Positions 8,547-20,114 of a stretch of DNA of 64,000 bases are shown piece after piece. The notes under the pieces were generated by a model that had not been told where the DNA came from, did no database searches, and saw only the letters and a list, made by a program, of their open reading frames with translations. The DNA is from Escherichia phage 4E10. Numbering within the stretch: the first letter of the stretch is position 1; each line of letters opens with the position of its first letter. The position numbers and the translations under genes are program-made. The stretch is taken from the sequence record OQ689735.1, one strand, 5' to 3'.

Positions 8547-8652
8547 ATATTCCTCATAATGCTTTATAAATGTTGGTGGTATAATGGGTCTAAGTCCCTT
8601 CCATTCAATTCCAATTAGAACAAACAACAGAAAAGAATGGAAGATAATAGAA

Positions 8653-9477
8653 TTAGATATTTGACCAGACTTTGTTTGCAGAGAAACGTTTTCCTTTTGA
8701 AACGAACTGCTGAAGTGGCATCAACACAACGTTCGCCCAGTCTTTCGGGGCGATTTCAACAAGGCTACCCATAATATTACCAGGTATATATGCCTTAATC
8801 ATTTGGTCTGCACCCCTAAATCCTTTCACTTGACTCCAATCAATTTTTAATTTCGTTTTATTAGTAATAGTAGGTGTATTTGAATATTGCTTTAAAAGCT
8901 CTTCTAGAAATTGCTGACGAGCTTTAGGTGGAATATAGTGCAAGTTTAATCCATACATTAAATTATGCTTACCTAAACCAAGGTAAATTATTAAAGGAAA
9001 TTTATCCCAGTAAGGAAGAGTTTCCTTGTGTTTAGCATCATAAGCAAAAGCATATATTCGTCCCGGCTGCGGGCGAACAACTTTATGTCCTTTTACTTGC
9101 TTAATAGTTTCGGCAAACCACTTTCTGGTTTTATTATTAATTGCTGCGCCTTCATTACGAATTTTATCACGCAATGTTTGTCTGAATGAATTTATCATAA
9201 GCAGTTGTCTTTCTTGCTTATTGAGTTTATTCATTGGTTTTGATTCAAGCTTTTGAATCTTTTCAGCCGTTTTAATTCCCGAAGCATATTTTGACATTGC
9301 TGAAGTAAACGTAGAGTATTTGATTCCTCTTTCTTCAGCAAATTGCTTTCCTGTCATTCCTTTTGCTTTGGCCTTTTTATATTCAAGACCTATCTGAATC
9401 CATTTCTTTTCGTTTAATGATTGCTTAACCTTTGGAACTTGGGGAGTGCTTTCATTAATTATTTGAAAAATAGCCAT
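8653..9477 (-). CDS. 2: DNA end protector protein
   Basis: 274 aa; size and synteny with T4 gp2. Confidence 0.8.
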   Translation of the reverse strand: MAIFQIINESTPQVPKVKQSLNEKKWIQIGLEYKKAKAKGMTGKQFAEERGIKYSTFTSAMSKYASGIKTAEKIQKLESKPMNKLNKQERQLLMINSFRQTLRDKIRNEGAAINNKTRKWFAETIKQVKGHKVVRPQPGRIYAFAYDAKHKETLPYWDKFPLIIYLGLGKHNLMYGLNLHYIPPKARQQFLEELLKQYSNTPTITNKTKLKIDWSQVKGFRGADQMIKAYIPGNIMGSLVEIAPKDWANVVLMPLQQFVSKGKRFSANKVWSNI

Positions 9478-9929
9478 TATGCCCCCTTAAAGCCAAGAGC
9501 TCGTAATCCATCTTCTGTTAGAATTCTAAATTTTATTCCACGCTTTTCAGCTAAAGATTGCGCTGCTTTCCATTTGTCAGTATTAACTGAATATGTATAA
9601 ATTTCATTCATAAATCTTTTCTTCGCTGCGGTTGTTAGATGTGCTGGTTTAACTGGTGGTTGTGTTTCTTTTTTAGGTTTTATTTCAATAAAAAATTCTT
9701 GTCCAGAAGAATCTTTCATCCAAATATCCATGAAGTATCTACGTTTTTTCCCTTCTGCATTACAAAAATAAGGAATTACTGCTGTTTCACTACCCCATGC
9801 AATAATTTCTGGATTTTTATCTAACCATTCAAAAAAGAATTTTTCCCAATTTGATCTATACGTAATTTTTTTAGGGTCACCTCTATACTTTGATATATTT
9901 TTAGGAACCCATTTTCCAGAATATGCCAT
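9477..9929 (-). CDS. 4: head completion protein
   Basis: 150 aa; stop/start overlap with gene 2; size and synteny with T4 gp4. Confidence 0.8.
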   Translation of the reverse strand: MAYSGKWVPKNISKYRGDPKKITYRSNWEKFFFEWLDKNPEIIAWGSETAVIPYFCNAEGKKRRYFMDIWMKDSSGQEFFIEIKPKKETQPPVKPAHLTTAAKKRFMNEIYTYSVNTDKWKAAQSLAEKRGIKFRILTEDGLRALGFKGA

Positions 9930-9940
9930 TGGATTCTCCT

Positions 9941-9948
9941 TATAAATA
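9941..9948 (+). promoter_or_regulatory. late promoter (TATAAATA) for gene 53
   Basis: exact TATAAATA 29 bp upstream of the ATG. Confidence 0.6.
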
Positions 9949-9955
9949 GATAATA

Positions 9956-9963
9956 TATTTATA
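9956..9963 (-). promoter_or_regulatory. late promoter (TATAAATA) for gene 4, divergent from the gene 53 promoter
   Basis: exact TATAAATA on the minus strand about 27 bp upstream of the gene 4 ATG. Confidence 0.55.
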
Positions 9964-9976
9964 AACAGGAGGGCCC

Positions 9977-10567
9977 ATGCTCTTTACATTTTTTGATCCG
10001 ATTGAATATGCGGCCAAAACGGTGAATAAAAACGCGCCGACTATTCCTATGACAGATATTTTTAGAAACTATAAAGACTATTTTAAACGCGCTCTTGCGG
10101 GATACCGCTTACGTACTTATTATATCAAAGGTTCACCACGCCCGGAAGAATTAGCAAATACTATATATGGAAATCCACAGTTGTATTGGGTTTTATTGAT
10201 GTGTAATGATAATTATGATCCGTATTATGGATGGATTACTTCACAAGAAGCAGCTTATCAAGCATCTATACAAAAATACAAAAATGTAGGTGGAGACCAA
10301 ATAGTATATCATGTGAATGAGAACGGTGAAAAATTTTATAATTTAATATCATACGATGATAATCCATATGTTTGGTATGATAAAGGCGATAAAGCTAGAA
10401 AATATCCTCAATATGAAGGAGCACTTGCTGCGGTCGATACGTATGAAGCTGCTGTTCTTGAAAATGAAAAACTTCGTCAAATAAAAATAATAGCAAAATC
10501 AGACATCAATTCATTTATGAACGACCTTATACGTATAATGGAGAAATCTTATGGAAATGATAAGTAA
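9977..10567 (+). CDS. 53: baseplate wedge subunit
   Basis: 196 aa; TATAAATA late promoter 29 bp upstream; synteny. Confidence 0.85.
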   Translation: MLFTFFDPIEYAAKTVNKNAPTIPMTDIFRNYKDYFKRALAGYRLRTYYIKGSPRPEELANTIYGNPQLYWVLLMCNDNYDPYYGWITSQEAAYQASIQKYKNVGGDQIVYHVNENGEKFYNLISYDDNPYVWYDKGDKARKYPQYEGALAAVDTYEAAVLENEKLRQIKIIAKSDINSFMNDLIRIMEKSYGNDK

Positions 10568-12278
10568 TAACCTTAATTGGTTTGTCGGTGTTGTTGAAGA
10601 TAGAATGGACCCATTAAAATTAGGTCGTGTTCGTGTTCGTGTGGTTGGTCTACATCCACCTCAAAGAGCACAAGGTGATGTAATGGGTATTCCAACTGAA
10701 AAATTACCATGGATGTCAGTTATTCAACCTATAACTTCTGCAGCAATGTCTGGAATTGGAGGTTCTGTTACTGGACCGGTAGAAGGAACTAGAGTTTATG
10801 GTCATTTTTTAGACAAATGGAAAACTAACGGAATTGTCCTTGGCACATATGGTGGAATAGTTCGCGAAAAACCGAATAGACTTGAAGGATTTTCTGATCC
10901 AACTGGACAGTATCCTAGACGTTTAGGAAATGATACTAACGTATTAAACCAAGGCGGAGAAGTAGGATATGATTCGTCTTCTAATATTATCCAAGATAGT
11001 AATCTAGACACTGCAATAAATCCCGATGATAGACCACTATCAGAGATTCCAACCGATGATAATCCAAATATGTCAATGGCTGAAATGCTTCGCCGTGATG
11101 AAGGATTAAGACTAAAAGTTTATTGGGATACCGAAGGATATCCGACAATTGGTATTGGTCATCTTATCATGAAACAGCCAGTTCGTGATATGGCTCAAAT
11201 TAATAAAGTTTTATCAAAACAAGTTGGTCGTGAAATTACTGGAAACCCAGGTTCTATTACAATGGAAGAAGCGACGACTTTATTTGAGCGTGATTTGGCT
11301 GATATGCAACGTGACATTAAATCACATTCTAAAGTAGGACCAGTCTGGCAAGCTGTCAACCGTTCTCGTCAAATGGCGTTAGAAAATATGGCATTTCAGA
11401 TGGGTGTTGGTGGTGTAGCTAAATTTAACACAATGTTAACTGCTATGTTAGCAGGAGATTGGGAAAAAGCATATAAAGCTGGTCGTGATTCATTGTGGTA
11501 TCAACAAACAAAAGGCCGTGCATCCCGTGTTACCATGATTATTCTTACGGGAAATTTGGAATCATATGGTGTTGAAGTGAAAACCCCAGCTAGGTCTCTA
11601 TCAGCAATGGCTGCTACTGTAGCTAAATCTTCTGACCCTGCTGACCCTCCTATTCCAAATGACTCGAGAATTTTATTCAAAGAACCAGTTTCTTCATATA
11701 AAGGTGAGTATCCTTATGTGCATACGATGGAAACTGAAAGTGGGCATATCCAAGAATTTGATGATACTCCTGGGCAAGAACGATATAGATTAGTTCATCC
11801 AACTGGAACTTATGAAGAAGTATCACCATCAGGAAGAAGAACAAGAAAAACTGTTGATAATTTGTATGATATAACCAACGCTGATGGTAATTTTTTGGTA
11901 GCCGGTGATAAAAAGACTAACGTCGGTGGGTCAGAAATTTATTACAACATGGATAATCGTCTTCACCAAATAGATGGAAGCAATACAATATTTGTACGTG
12001 GCGATGAAACTAAGACGGTTGAAGGTAATGGAACTATCCTAGTTAAAGGTAATGTTACTATTGTAGTTGAAGGTAATGCTGACATTACAGTTAAAGGAGA
12101 TGCTACCACTTTAGTTGAAGGTAATCAAACCAATACAGTAAATGGAAATCTTTCTTGGAAAGTTGCCGGGACAGTTGATTGGGACGTTGGTGGTGATTGG
12201 ACAGAAAAAATGGCATCTATGAGTTCTATTTCATCTGGTCAATACACAATTGATGGATCGAGGATTGACATTGGCTAA
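10551..12278 (+). CDS. 5: baseplate hub subunit and tail lysozyme (cell-puncturing device)
   Basis: 575 aa; N-terminus MEMISNNLNWFVGVVED; internal T4-lysozyme-like domain (EGLRLKVYWDTEGYPTIGIGHLI); C-terminal VxGxxxxx beta-helix repeats. Confidence 0.95.
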   Translation: MEMISNNLNWFVGVVEDRMDPLKLGRVRVRVVGLHPPQRAQGDVMGIPTEKLPWMSVIQPITSAAMSGIGGSVTGPVEGTRVYGHFLDKWKTNGIVLGTYGGIVREKPNRLEGFSDPTGQYPRRLGNDTNVLNQGGEVGYDSSSNIIQDSNLDTAINPDDRPLSEIPTDDNPNMSMAEMLRRDEGLRLKVYWDTEGYPTIGIGHLIMKQPVRDMAQINKVLSKQVGREITGNPGSITMEEATTLFERDLADMQRDIKSHSKVGPVWQAVNRSRQMALENMAFQMGVGGVAKFNTMLTAMLAGDWEKAYKAGRDSLWYQQTKGRASRVTMIILTGNLESYGVEVKTPARSLSAMAATVAKSSDPADPPIPNDSRILFKEPVSSYKGEYPYVHTMETESGHIQEFDDTPGQERYRLVHPTGTYEEVSPSGRRTRKTVDNLYDITNADGNFLVAGDKKTNVGGSEIYYNMDNRLHQIDGSNTIFVRGDETKTVEGNGTILVKGNVTIVVEGNADITVKGDATTLVEGNQTNTVNGNLSWKVAGTVDWDVGGDWTEKMASMSSISSGQYTIDGSRIDIG

Positions 12279-12312
12279 TATACTTCCAATGAGCGCTGAT
12301 TTAGGAGAATCC

Positions 12313-12807
12313 ATGGAAGGTTCTTCTATCGACGTCACCTTTACCGCTCAATTAGAAACAGGTGAAACGTTAGTATCTATAAATATAACTAGTTATGAAG
12401 AAACTCCTGGGGTTTTAGTAGAAGAAAATCGCTTATATGGAACATATGAATCTGTATTTGGTTTCGGAAATGACGCGTTGAAATATCGTTTAGGCGATGA
12501 ATTTAAAACTGCTGCTTCATGGGAAGAACTTCCTACTGATTCTGATACTCAGTTGTATTTGTGGAAAGCTCCTCAAAACCTCCAGAAGACATTCACTTAC
12601 GAAGTAACATTAATATATGACTACCAAGAACAAAGTGAATCTGGGGGTTCTGGCAGTAATTCTAGGTCATCTTCTGATACTACTGAACCGACAGATCCTC
12701 CTGCTCCAGTAAGAAAAACTCTAGTTAAAAATTACACAAAAACTATAGTTGGAAATTGGAGTCGTTGGGCTAATAAATTGAGAAGCTATGTGTATGAGAG
12801 GCCATAA
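12313..12807 (+). CDS. 5.1: hypothetical protein (T4 5.1 position)
   Basis: ORF 12250..12807; most plausible start is ATG 12313 with AGGAGA SD downstream of the gene 5 stop. Confidence 0.6.
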
Positions 12808-13101
12808 ATGTCAGGATTAAGTTATGATAAGTGTGTTACTGCTGGCCATGAAGCGTGGCCTCCAACAGTTGTGAATGCCACACAAAGTAAAGTATTCACT
12901 GGAGGAATTGCTGTTCTAGTAGCAGGCGATCCAATTACAGAACATACAGAAATTAAAAAGCCGTATGAAACACATGGCGGAGTGACACAACCTAGAACTT
13001 CTAAGGTATATGTCACTGGAAAGAAAGCTGTTCAAATGGCTGATCCAATATCATGCGGTGATACTGTGGCTCAGGCATCATCTAAAGTATTCATTAAATA
13101 G
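12808..13101 (+). CDS. 5.4: PAAR-repeat spike tip protein
   Basis: 97 aa, size and position match T4 gp5.4. Confidence 0.8.
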
Positions 13102-13109
13102 GATTTAAA

Positions 13110-15092
13110 ATGGCAAATACCCCTGTAAATTATCAATTAACAAGAACAGCAAATGCTATTCCCGAGATATTCGTCGGGGGTACGTTTGCTGAAATAAAAC
13201 AAAACCTCATTGAATGGCTTAATGGCCAAAATGAATTTTTGGATTATGATTTTGAAGGCTCAAGATTAAACGTTCTGTGTGACCTTTTGGCTTATAATAC
13301 GCTGTACATTCAACAGTTTGGTAATGCTGCTGTGTATGAAAGCTTTATGCGTACTGCTAACTTACGAAGTTCAGTTGTTCAAGCTGCACAAGATAACGGA
13401 TATTTACCTACTTCAAAATCAGCTGCTCAAACTGAAATTATGCTAACTTGTACAGACGCATTGAATAGAAATTACATTACAATTCCTCGCGGAACTCGCT
13501 TTTTAGCATATGCAAAAGATACTTCTGTTAATCCATATAACTTCGTTTCTACTGAAGACGTTATTGCTATTCGTGATAAAAATAACCAATATTTTCCGCG
13601 TTTAAAATTAGCCCAGGGACGTATAGTAAGAACTGAAATCATTTATGATAAATTAACGCCTATTATCATTTATGATAAAAATATTGATAGAAACCAGGTT
13701 AAATTATATGTTGATGGAGCGGAATGGATTAACTGGACGAGAAAGTCAATGGTTCATGCTGGTTCTACATCAACAATTTATTATATGCGTGAAACTATTG
13801 ATGGAAACACTGAATTCTATTTTGGCGAAGGTGAAATTTCTGTTAATGCTTCTGAAGGAGCTTTGACTGCTAATTATATTGGAGGTCTTAAACCTACTCA
13901 GAACTCTACGATTGTTATTGAGTACATCAGTACTAATGGTGCTGACGCGAATGGCGCAGTCGGATTTTCATACGCAGATACATTAACAAATATAACTGTC
14001 ATCAATATTAATGAAAATCCAAACGATGACCCAGATTTTGTTGGGGCAGATGGCGGCGGTGATCCAGAAGATATTGAACGTATTCGTGAATTGGGTACTA
14101 TTAAACGCGAGACCCAGCAACGCTGCGTAACTGCGACGGATTATGATACATTCGTTTCAGAGAGATTTGGTTCTATTATTCAAGCAGTTCAGACTTTCAC
14201 TGATTCTACTAAACCTGGTTATGCATTTATTGCTGCTAAACCTAAATCAGGGCTATATTTAACTACTGTACAGCGCGAAGATATTAAAAATTATCTCAAA
14301 GACTATAATTTAGCTCCTATTACACCGTCAATTATTTCTCCTAATTATCTTTTTATTAAGACTAATTTAAAAGTCACATATGCTTTAAATAAGCTGCAAG
14401 AATCCGAACAGTGGCTCGAAGGTCAAATAATTGATAAAATTGATCGTTATTATACCGAAGATGTAGAAATTTTTAACTCATCTTTCGCTAAATCTAAGAT
14501 GTTGACATATGTAGATGATGCAGACCATTCTATCATTGGTTCATCAGCGACAATTCAAATTGTTCGTGAAGTACAAAACTTCTATAAAACGCCTGAAGCA
14601 GGTATTAAATACAATAATCAAATAAAAGATCGTTCTATGGAATCTAATACGTTTTCATTTAATTCCGGACGAAAGGTTGTAAATCCTGACACTGGTTTAG
14701 AAGAAGATGTATTATATGACGTTCGCATAGTATCAACAGACCGAGATTCTAAAGGAATTGGTAAAGTTATTATTGGTCCATTTGCTTCTGGCGATGTTAC
14801 AGAAAATGAAAACATTCAGCCATATTCAGGCAACGATTTTAACAAATTAGCAAATTCTGATGGACGCGACAAATACTATGTTATCGGTGAAATAAATTAT
14901 CCAGCTGATGTGATTTATTGGAATATCGCTAAAATTAATTTAACATCTGAAAAATTTGAAGTTCAGACTATTGAATTATATTCTGATCCAACCGATGATG
15001 TTATCTTTACTCGCGATGGTTCACTGATTGTATTTGAAAATGACTTACGTCCACAATACTTAACTATCGATTTGGAGCCTATATCACAATGA
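13110..15092 (+). CDS. 6: baseplate wedge subunit
   Basis: 660 aa; size and synteny with T4 gp6. Confidence 0.9.
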   Translation: MANTPVNYQLTRTANAIPEIFVGGTFAEIKQNLIEWLNGQNEFLDYDFEGSRLNVLCDLLAYNTLYIQQFGNAAVYESFMRTANLRSSVVQAAQDNGYLPTSKSAAQTEIMLTCTDALNRNYITIPRGTRFLAYAKDTSVNPYNFVSTEDVIAIRDKNNQYFPRLKLAQGRIVRTEIIYDKLTPIIIYDKNIDRNQVKLYVDGAEWINWTRKSMVHAGSTSTIYYMRETIDGNTEFYFGEGEISVNASEGALTANYIGGLKPTQNSTIVIEYISTNGADANGAVGFSYADTLTNITVININENPNDDPDFVGADGGGDPEDIERIRELGTIKRETQQRCVTATDYDTFVSERFGSIIQAVQTFTDSTKPGYAFIAAKPKSGLYLTTVQREDIKNYLKDYNLAPITPSIISPNYLFIKTNLKVTYALNKLQESEQWLEGQIIDKIDRYYTEDVEIFNSSFAKSKMLTYVDDADHSIIGSSATIQIVREVQNFYKTPEAGIKYNNQIKDRSMESNTFSFNSGRKVVNPDTGLEEDVLYDVRIVSTDRDSKGIGKVIIGPFASGDVTENENIQPYSGNDFNKLANSDGRDKYYVIGEINYPADVIYWNIAKINLTSEKFEVQTIELYSDPTDDVIFTRDGSLIVFENDLRPQYLTIDLEPISQ

Positions 15093-18000
15093 CAGTAAAA
15101 GCACCTTCAGTCACTAGTCTCAGAATTTCCAAGTTATCCGCAAATCAGGTGCAAGTACGCTGGGATGACGTTGGTGCTAATTTCTACTATTTTGTAGAAA
15201 TCGCTGAGACAAAAACAAACTCGGGGGAAAATCTCCCGAGTAATCAATACAGATGGATTAACTTAGGATATACTGCAAATAACAGCTTCTTTTTTGATGA
15301 TGCTGACCCGTTGACATCATACGTTATTAGAGTAGCTACAGCTGCACAAGATTTTGAGCAGTCTGATTGGATTTATACCGAAGAGTTTGAAACTTTTGCT
15401 ACAAATGCTTATACATTTCAAAACATGATTGAAATGCAATTAGCCAATAAATTCATTCAGGAAAAATTTACTCTTAATAATTCTGATTATGTTAATTTTA
15501 ACAATGACACTATAATGGCTGCATTGATGAATGAATCATTTCAATTCAGCCCATCATATGTTGATGTTTCATCAATAAGCAATTTTATTATTGGCGAAAA
15601 TGAGTATCATGAAATACAAGGTTCTATTCAGCAAGTATGTAAGGATATTAACCGAGTTTATTTGATGGAATCAGAAGGGATTTTATACCTTTTTGAGCGT
15701 TATCAACCTGTAGTTAAAGTATCCAATGATAAAGGACAAACTTGGAAAGCTGTAAAGCTCTTCAATGACCGCGTAGGATATCCTTTATCTAAGACAGTAT
15801 ATTACCAATCTGCGAACACAACATACGTTCTAGGATACGACAAGATTTTCTATGGCCGCAAATCTACTGATGTCAGATGGTCAGCTGACGATGTCAGATT
15901 TAGTTCGCAGGATATAACATTCGCTAAACTTGGCGATCAATTACATTTAGGATTTGATGTAGAAATTTTTGCCACTTACGCGACTTTACCAGCGAATGTA
16001 TATCGCATTGCAGAAGCTATTACTTGCACCGATGATTACATTTACGTTGTCGCCAGAGACAAAGTTAGATACATAAAAACGAGTAATGCACCTATAGATT
16101 CTGATCCATTATCTCCAACATATTCGGAAAGGCTTTTTGAACCTGATACTATGACTATAACTGGAAATCCTAAAGCAGTATGCTATAAAATGGATTCTAT
16201 CGGTGATAAAGTTTTTGCTCTTATTATTGGCGAAGTTGAAACATTAAATGCTAATCCTAGAACATCAAAAATAATTGATTCTGCTGATAAAGGAATATAT
16301 GTTTTAAATCATGACACAAAAACATGGAAAAGAGTTTTTGGCAACACTGAAGAAGAAAGAAGACGTATTCAACCAGGGTATGCGAATATGTCAACTGACG
16401 GTAAATTAGTTTCGCTATCTTCGAGTAATTTTAAATTTTTAAGTGATAATATTGTTAATGACCCTGAAACTGCATCAAAATACCAGTTAATCGGTGCCGT
16501 TAAATATGAATTTCCTCGTGAATGGTTAGCTGATAAGCATTATCATATGATGGCATTTATAGCAGATGAAAAATCTGATTGGGAAACTTTTACACCTCAG
16601 CCAATGAAATACTATGCAGAACCATTCTTTAACTGGTCTAAAAAATCTAACACACGTTGTTGGATAAACAACTCTGATAGAGCTGTAGTAGTTTATGCTG
16701 ATTTAAAATACACTAAAGTTATTGAAAATTTTCCAGAAACATCTCCAGACAGATTAGTTCATGAATACTGGGATGACGGCGATTGCACTATAGTAATGCC
16801 AAATGTTAAATTCACTGGATTTAAAAAATATGCATCTGGGATGCTTTTTTATAAAGCCTCCGGTGAAATTATTTCTTACTATGATTTTAATTATCGTGTT
16901 AGAGATACAGTAGAAATTATTTGGAAGCCAACTGGAGTATTTTTAAAGGCATTTTTACAAAACCAAGAACATGAAACTCCTTGGTCGCCTGAAGAAGAGC
17001 GTGGATTAGCTGACCCTGATTTAAGACCATTAATTGGCACAATGATGCCTGATTCTTATTTGTTGCAGGATTCGAATTTTGAAGCATTTTGCGAAGCATA
17101 TATTCAATATCTTTCTGATGGATATGGAACTCAGTATAACAATTTACGAAATTTAATTCGTAACAAATATCCACGAGAAGAGCATGCATGGGAATATTTG
17201 TGGTCAGAGATATATAAAAGAAACATTTATTTAAATGCTGACAAACGTGATGCTGTTGCAAGATTTTTCGAATCACGTAGCTATGATTTTTATTCTACTA
17301 AAGGAATTGAAGCATCATACAAATTTCTTTTTAAAGTTCTTTATAATGAAGAGGTTGAAATTGAAATTGAATCTGGGGCTGGTACTGAATATGATATAAT
17401 TGTTCAATCTGATTCTTTGACCGAAGACTTAGTAGGGCAAACGATTTATACAGCTACAGGAAGATGTAATGTTACTTATATAGAAAGAAGCTATTCTAAT
17501 GGTAAATTGCAATGGACCGTAACTATTCATAATCTTTTGGGAAGATTAATTGCTGGTCAAGAAGTTAAAGCAGAAAGACTTCCTAGTTTTGAAGGCGAAA
17601 TTATTCGTGGAGTTAAAGGAAAGGATTTGCTTCAAAATAATATAGACTATATTAATAGAAGTCGATCATATTATGTAATGAAAATTAAATCCAATTTGCC
17701 TTCTTCCCGCTGGAAATCTGACGTTATTCGTTTTGTTCATCCAGTAGGATTTGGATTTATAGCAATTACCCTTTTAACGATGTTTATTAATGTTGGTTTA
17801 ACTCTTAAACATACAGAGACTATAATTAATAAATACAAAAACTACAAATGGGATTCTGGATTGCCTACTGAATATGCTGATAGAGTAGCTAAATTGACTC
17901 CGACTGGTGAAATTGAGCATGATTCGGTAACAGGCGAAGCAATTTATGAACCTGGCCCAATGGCTGGCGTAGAATATCCTCTTCCTGATGACTATAATGC

Positions 18001-18187
18001 TGAAAATAACAATTCAATATTTCAAGGTCAATTGCCGTCTGAACGACGCAAATTAATGAGTCCTCTATTTGACGCATCTGGAACAACATTTGCGCAATTT
18101 AGAGATTTAGTTAATAAACGTCTAAAAGATAATATAGGAAATCCAAGAGACCCTGAAAATCCAACACAGGTTAAAATAGATGAATGA
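15089..18187 (+). CDS. 7: baseplate wedge initiator
   Basis: 1032 aa; size and synteny with T4 gp7. Confidence 0.9.
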   Translation: MTVKAPSVTSLRISKLSANQVQVRWDDVGANFYYFVEIAETKTNSGENLPSNQYRWINLGYTANNSFFFDDADPLTSYVIRVATAAQDFEQSDWIYTEEFETFATNAYTFQNMIEMQLANKFIQEKFTLNNSDYVNFNNDTIMAALMNESFQFSPSYVDVSSISNFIIGENEYHEIQGSIQQVCKDINRVYLMESEGILYLFERYQPVVKVSNDKGQTWKAVKLFNDRVGYPLSKTVYYQSANTTYVLGYDKIFYGRKSTDVRWSADDVRFSSQDITFAKLGDQLHLGFDVEIFATYATLPANVYRIAEAITCTDDYIYVVARDKVRYIKTSNAPIDSDPLSPTYSERLFEPDTMTITGNPKAVCYKMDSIGDKVFALIIGEVETLNANPRTSKIIDSADKGIYVLNHDTKTWKRVFGNTEEERRRIQPGYANMSTDGKLVSLSSSNFKFLSDNIVNDPETASKYQLIGAVKYEFPREWLADKHYHMMAFIADEKSDWETFTPQPMKYYAEPFFNWSKKSNTRCWINNSDRAVVVYADLKYTKVIENFPETSPDRLVHEYWDDGDCTIVMPNVKFTGFKKYASGMLFYKASGEIISYYDFNYRVRDTVEIIWKPTGVFLKAFLQNQEHETPWSPEEERGLADPDLRPLIGTMMPDSYLLQDSNFEAFCEAYIQYLSDGYGTQYNNLRNLIRNKYPREEHAWEYLWSEIYKRNIYLNADKRDAVARFFESRSYDFYSTKGIEASYKFLFKVLYNEEVEIEIESGAGTEYDIIVQSDSLTEDLVGQTIYTATGRCNVTYIERSYSNGKLQWTVTIHNLLGRLIAGQEVKAERLPSFEGEIIRGVKGKDLLQNNIDYINRSRSYYVMKIKSNLPSSRWKSDVIRFVHPVGFGFIAITLLTMFINVGLTLKHTETIINKYKNYKWDSGLPTEYADRVAKLTPTGEIEHDSVTGEAIYEPGPMAGVEYPLPDDYNAENNNSIFQGQLPSERRKLMSPLFDASGTTFAQFRDLVNKRLKDNIGNPRDPENPTQVKIDE

Positions 18188-19184
18188 TTCAAGTGTTATC
18201 TATCGTGCGATAGTTACTTCAAAATTTAGAACAGAAAAAATGTTGAATTTTTATAATTCAATTGGAAGTGGTCCGGATAAAAACACTATCTTTATCACAT
18301 TTGGAAGATCAGAACCGTGGTCATCAAATGAAAATGAGGTGGGCTTTGCTCCACCTTATCCAACTGATTCTGTATTGGGTGTAACTGACATGTGGACTCA
18401 TATGATGGGAACTGTAAAGGTTCTTCCATCTATGCTTGATGCAGTTATTCCTCGTAGAGATTGGGGAGATACTAGATATCCGGATCCATACACATTTAGA
18501 ATTAACGATATTGTAGTGTGTAACTCAGCTCCTTACAATGCTACTGAATCAGGCGCAGGCTGGTTAGTATATCGTTGTTTAGATGTTCCTGATACCGGAA
18601 CGTGTTCAATAGCATCTTTAACTAATAAGGATGAATGTCTTAAGTTAGGTGGAAAATGGACTCCTTCTGTTAGGTCAATGACTCCTCCTGAAGGTCGAGG
18701 AGACGCTGAAGGAACAATCGAACCCGGCGACGGTTATGTTTGGGAATATCTTTTTGAGATTCCGCCTGATGTATCTATAAATAGATGCACGAATGAATAT
18801 ATCGTAGTTCCTTGGCCTGAGGAATTAAAAGAAGACCCGGCTAGATGGGGGTATGAAGATAATCTCACTTGGCAACAAGATGATTTTGGATTAATTTACC
18901 GTGTTAAGGCAAATACTATCCGTTTTAAAGCATATTTAGATTCAGTTTACTTTCCTGATGCTGCATTACCGGGAAATAAAGGATTTAGACAAATATCAAT
19001 AATCACCAATCCTCTTGAAGCTAAAGTTCATCCAAATGACCCAAACGTTAAAGCTGAAAAGGATTATTATGATCCGGAAGATTTAATGAGGCATTCGGGC
19101 GAAATGATTTATATGGAAAATAGGCCACCTATTATCATGGCAATGGATCAAACAGAAGAAATCAATATTCTGTTTACATTTTAA
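18180..19184 (+). CDS. 8: baseplate wedge subunit
   Basis: 334 aa; size and synteny with T4 gp8. Confidence 0.9.
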   Translation: MNDSSVIYRAIVTSKFRTEKMLNFYNSIGSGPDKNTIFITFGRSEPWSSNENEVGFAPPYPTDSVLGVTDMWTHMMGTVKVLPSMLDAVIPRRDWGDTRYPDPYTFRINDIVVCNSAPYNATESGAGWLVYRCLDVPDTGTCSIASLTNKDECLKLGGKWTPSVRSMTPPEGRGDAEGTIEPGDGYVWEYLFEIPPDVSINRCTNEYIVVPWPEELKEDPARWGYEDNLTWQQDDFGLIYRVKANTIRFKAYLDSVYFPDAALPGNKGFRQISIITNPLEAKVHPNDPNVKAEKDYYDPEDLMRHSGEMIYMENRPPIIMAMDQTEEINILFTF

Positions 19185-19189
19185 CTTAA

Positions 19190-19212
19190 GGGAGCCCATG
19201 GGCTCCCTTTTT
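19190..19212 (+). terminator. terminator after gene 8
   Basis: GGGAGCC-CAUG-GGCUCCC hairpin followed by UUUUU. Confidence 0.6.
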
Positions 19213-19215
19213 CTT

Positions 19216-19223
19216 TATAAATA
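19216..19223 (+). promoter_or_regulatory. late promoter for gene 9
   Basis: TATAAATA directly after the gene 8 terminator. Confidence 0.6.
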
Positions 19224-19247
19224 CTATAAACTCATAAGGAAACCGCT

Positions 19248-20114
19248 ATGTTCATTCAAGAACCAAAGAAATTGATTGATACCGGCGAAATTGGTAACGC
19301 TTCTACTGGTGATATCTTATTCGACGGTGGTAATAAAATTAATAGTGATTTTAACGCAATTTATAATGCGTTTGGCGATCAGCGCAAAATGGCAGTAGCA
19401 AATGGCACTGGAGCAGATGGCCAAATTATTCATGCTACGGGATATTATCAAAAACATTCTATAGCAGAGTACGCAACTCCAGTAAAAGTTGGCACTAGGC
19501 ATGATATTGATACCTCTACTGTAGGTGTTAAAGTTATCATTGAAAGAGGCGAACTTGGTGACTGCGTTGAATTTATTAACTCAAATGGATCTATATCAGT
19601 TACTAATCCTTTAACGATTCAAGCAATTGATTCAATTAAAGGTGTTTCAGGCAATTTAGTAGTAACTAGCCCATATAGTAAAGTAACTTTACGCTGTATT
19701 TCATCTGATAATTCTACGTCTGTTTGGAATTATTCTATTGAAAGTATGTTTGGACAAAAGGAATCACCAGCTGAAGGTACATGGAATATTTCTACATCCG
19801 GGTCAGTTGATATTCCACTATTTCATCGTACTGAATACAATATGGCTAAATTGCTAGTTACATGCCAATCGGTAGATGGAAGAAAAATTAAAACAGCAGA
19901 AATAAATATTCTTGTAGATACTGTTAATTCAGAGGTAATTTCTTCTGAATATGCTGTCATGCGGGTTGGAAATGAAACCGAAGAAGACGAAATCGCTAAT
20001 ATTGCATTTAGTATTAAAACAAATTATGTAACAGCGACTGTAAGTTCTTCTATTGTTGGCATGAGAGCGGCAGTTAAAGTTATCGCTACGCAGAAAATCG
20101 GGGTGGCTCAATAA
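19248..20114 (+). CDS. 9: baseplate wedge tail-fibre connector
   Basis: 288 aa; terminator plus TATAAATA upstream; synteny. Confidence 0.9.
   Translation: MFIQEPKKLIDTGEIGNASTGDILFDGGNKINSDFNAIYNAFGDQRKMAVANGTGADGQIIHATGYYQKHSIAEYATPVKVGTRHDIDTSTVGVKVIIERGELGDCVEFINSNGSISVTNPLTIQAIDSIKGVSGNLVVTSPYSKVTLRCISSDNSTSVWNYSIESMFGQKESPAEGTWNISTSGSVDIPLFHRTEYNMAKLLVTCQSVDGRKIKTAEINILVDTVNSEVISSEYAVMRVGNETEEDEIANIAFSIKTNYVTATVSSSIVGMRAAVKVIATQKIGVAQ

Noticed and set aside
11900-12200. Periodic short repeats at the 3' end of gene 5, considered as a possible CRISPR-like or tandem repeat array
   Set aside because: They encode the in-frame octapeptide VxGxxxxx beta-helix repeats of the gp5 needle; no spacer-repeat architecture.
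10551-12278. Lysozyme-like sequence, considered as a separate endolysin gene
   Set aside because: It is the internal lysozyme domain of baseplate protein gp5; the soluble endolysin gene is not in this window.
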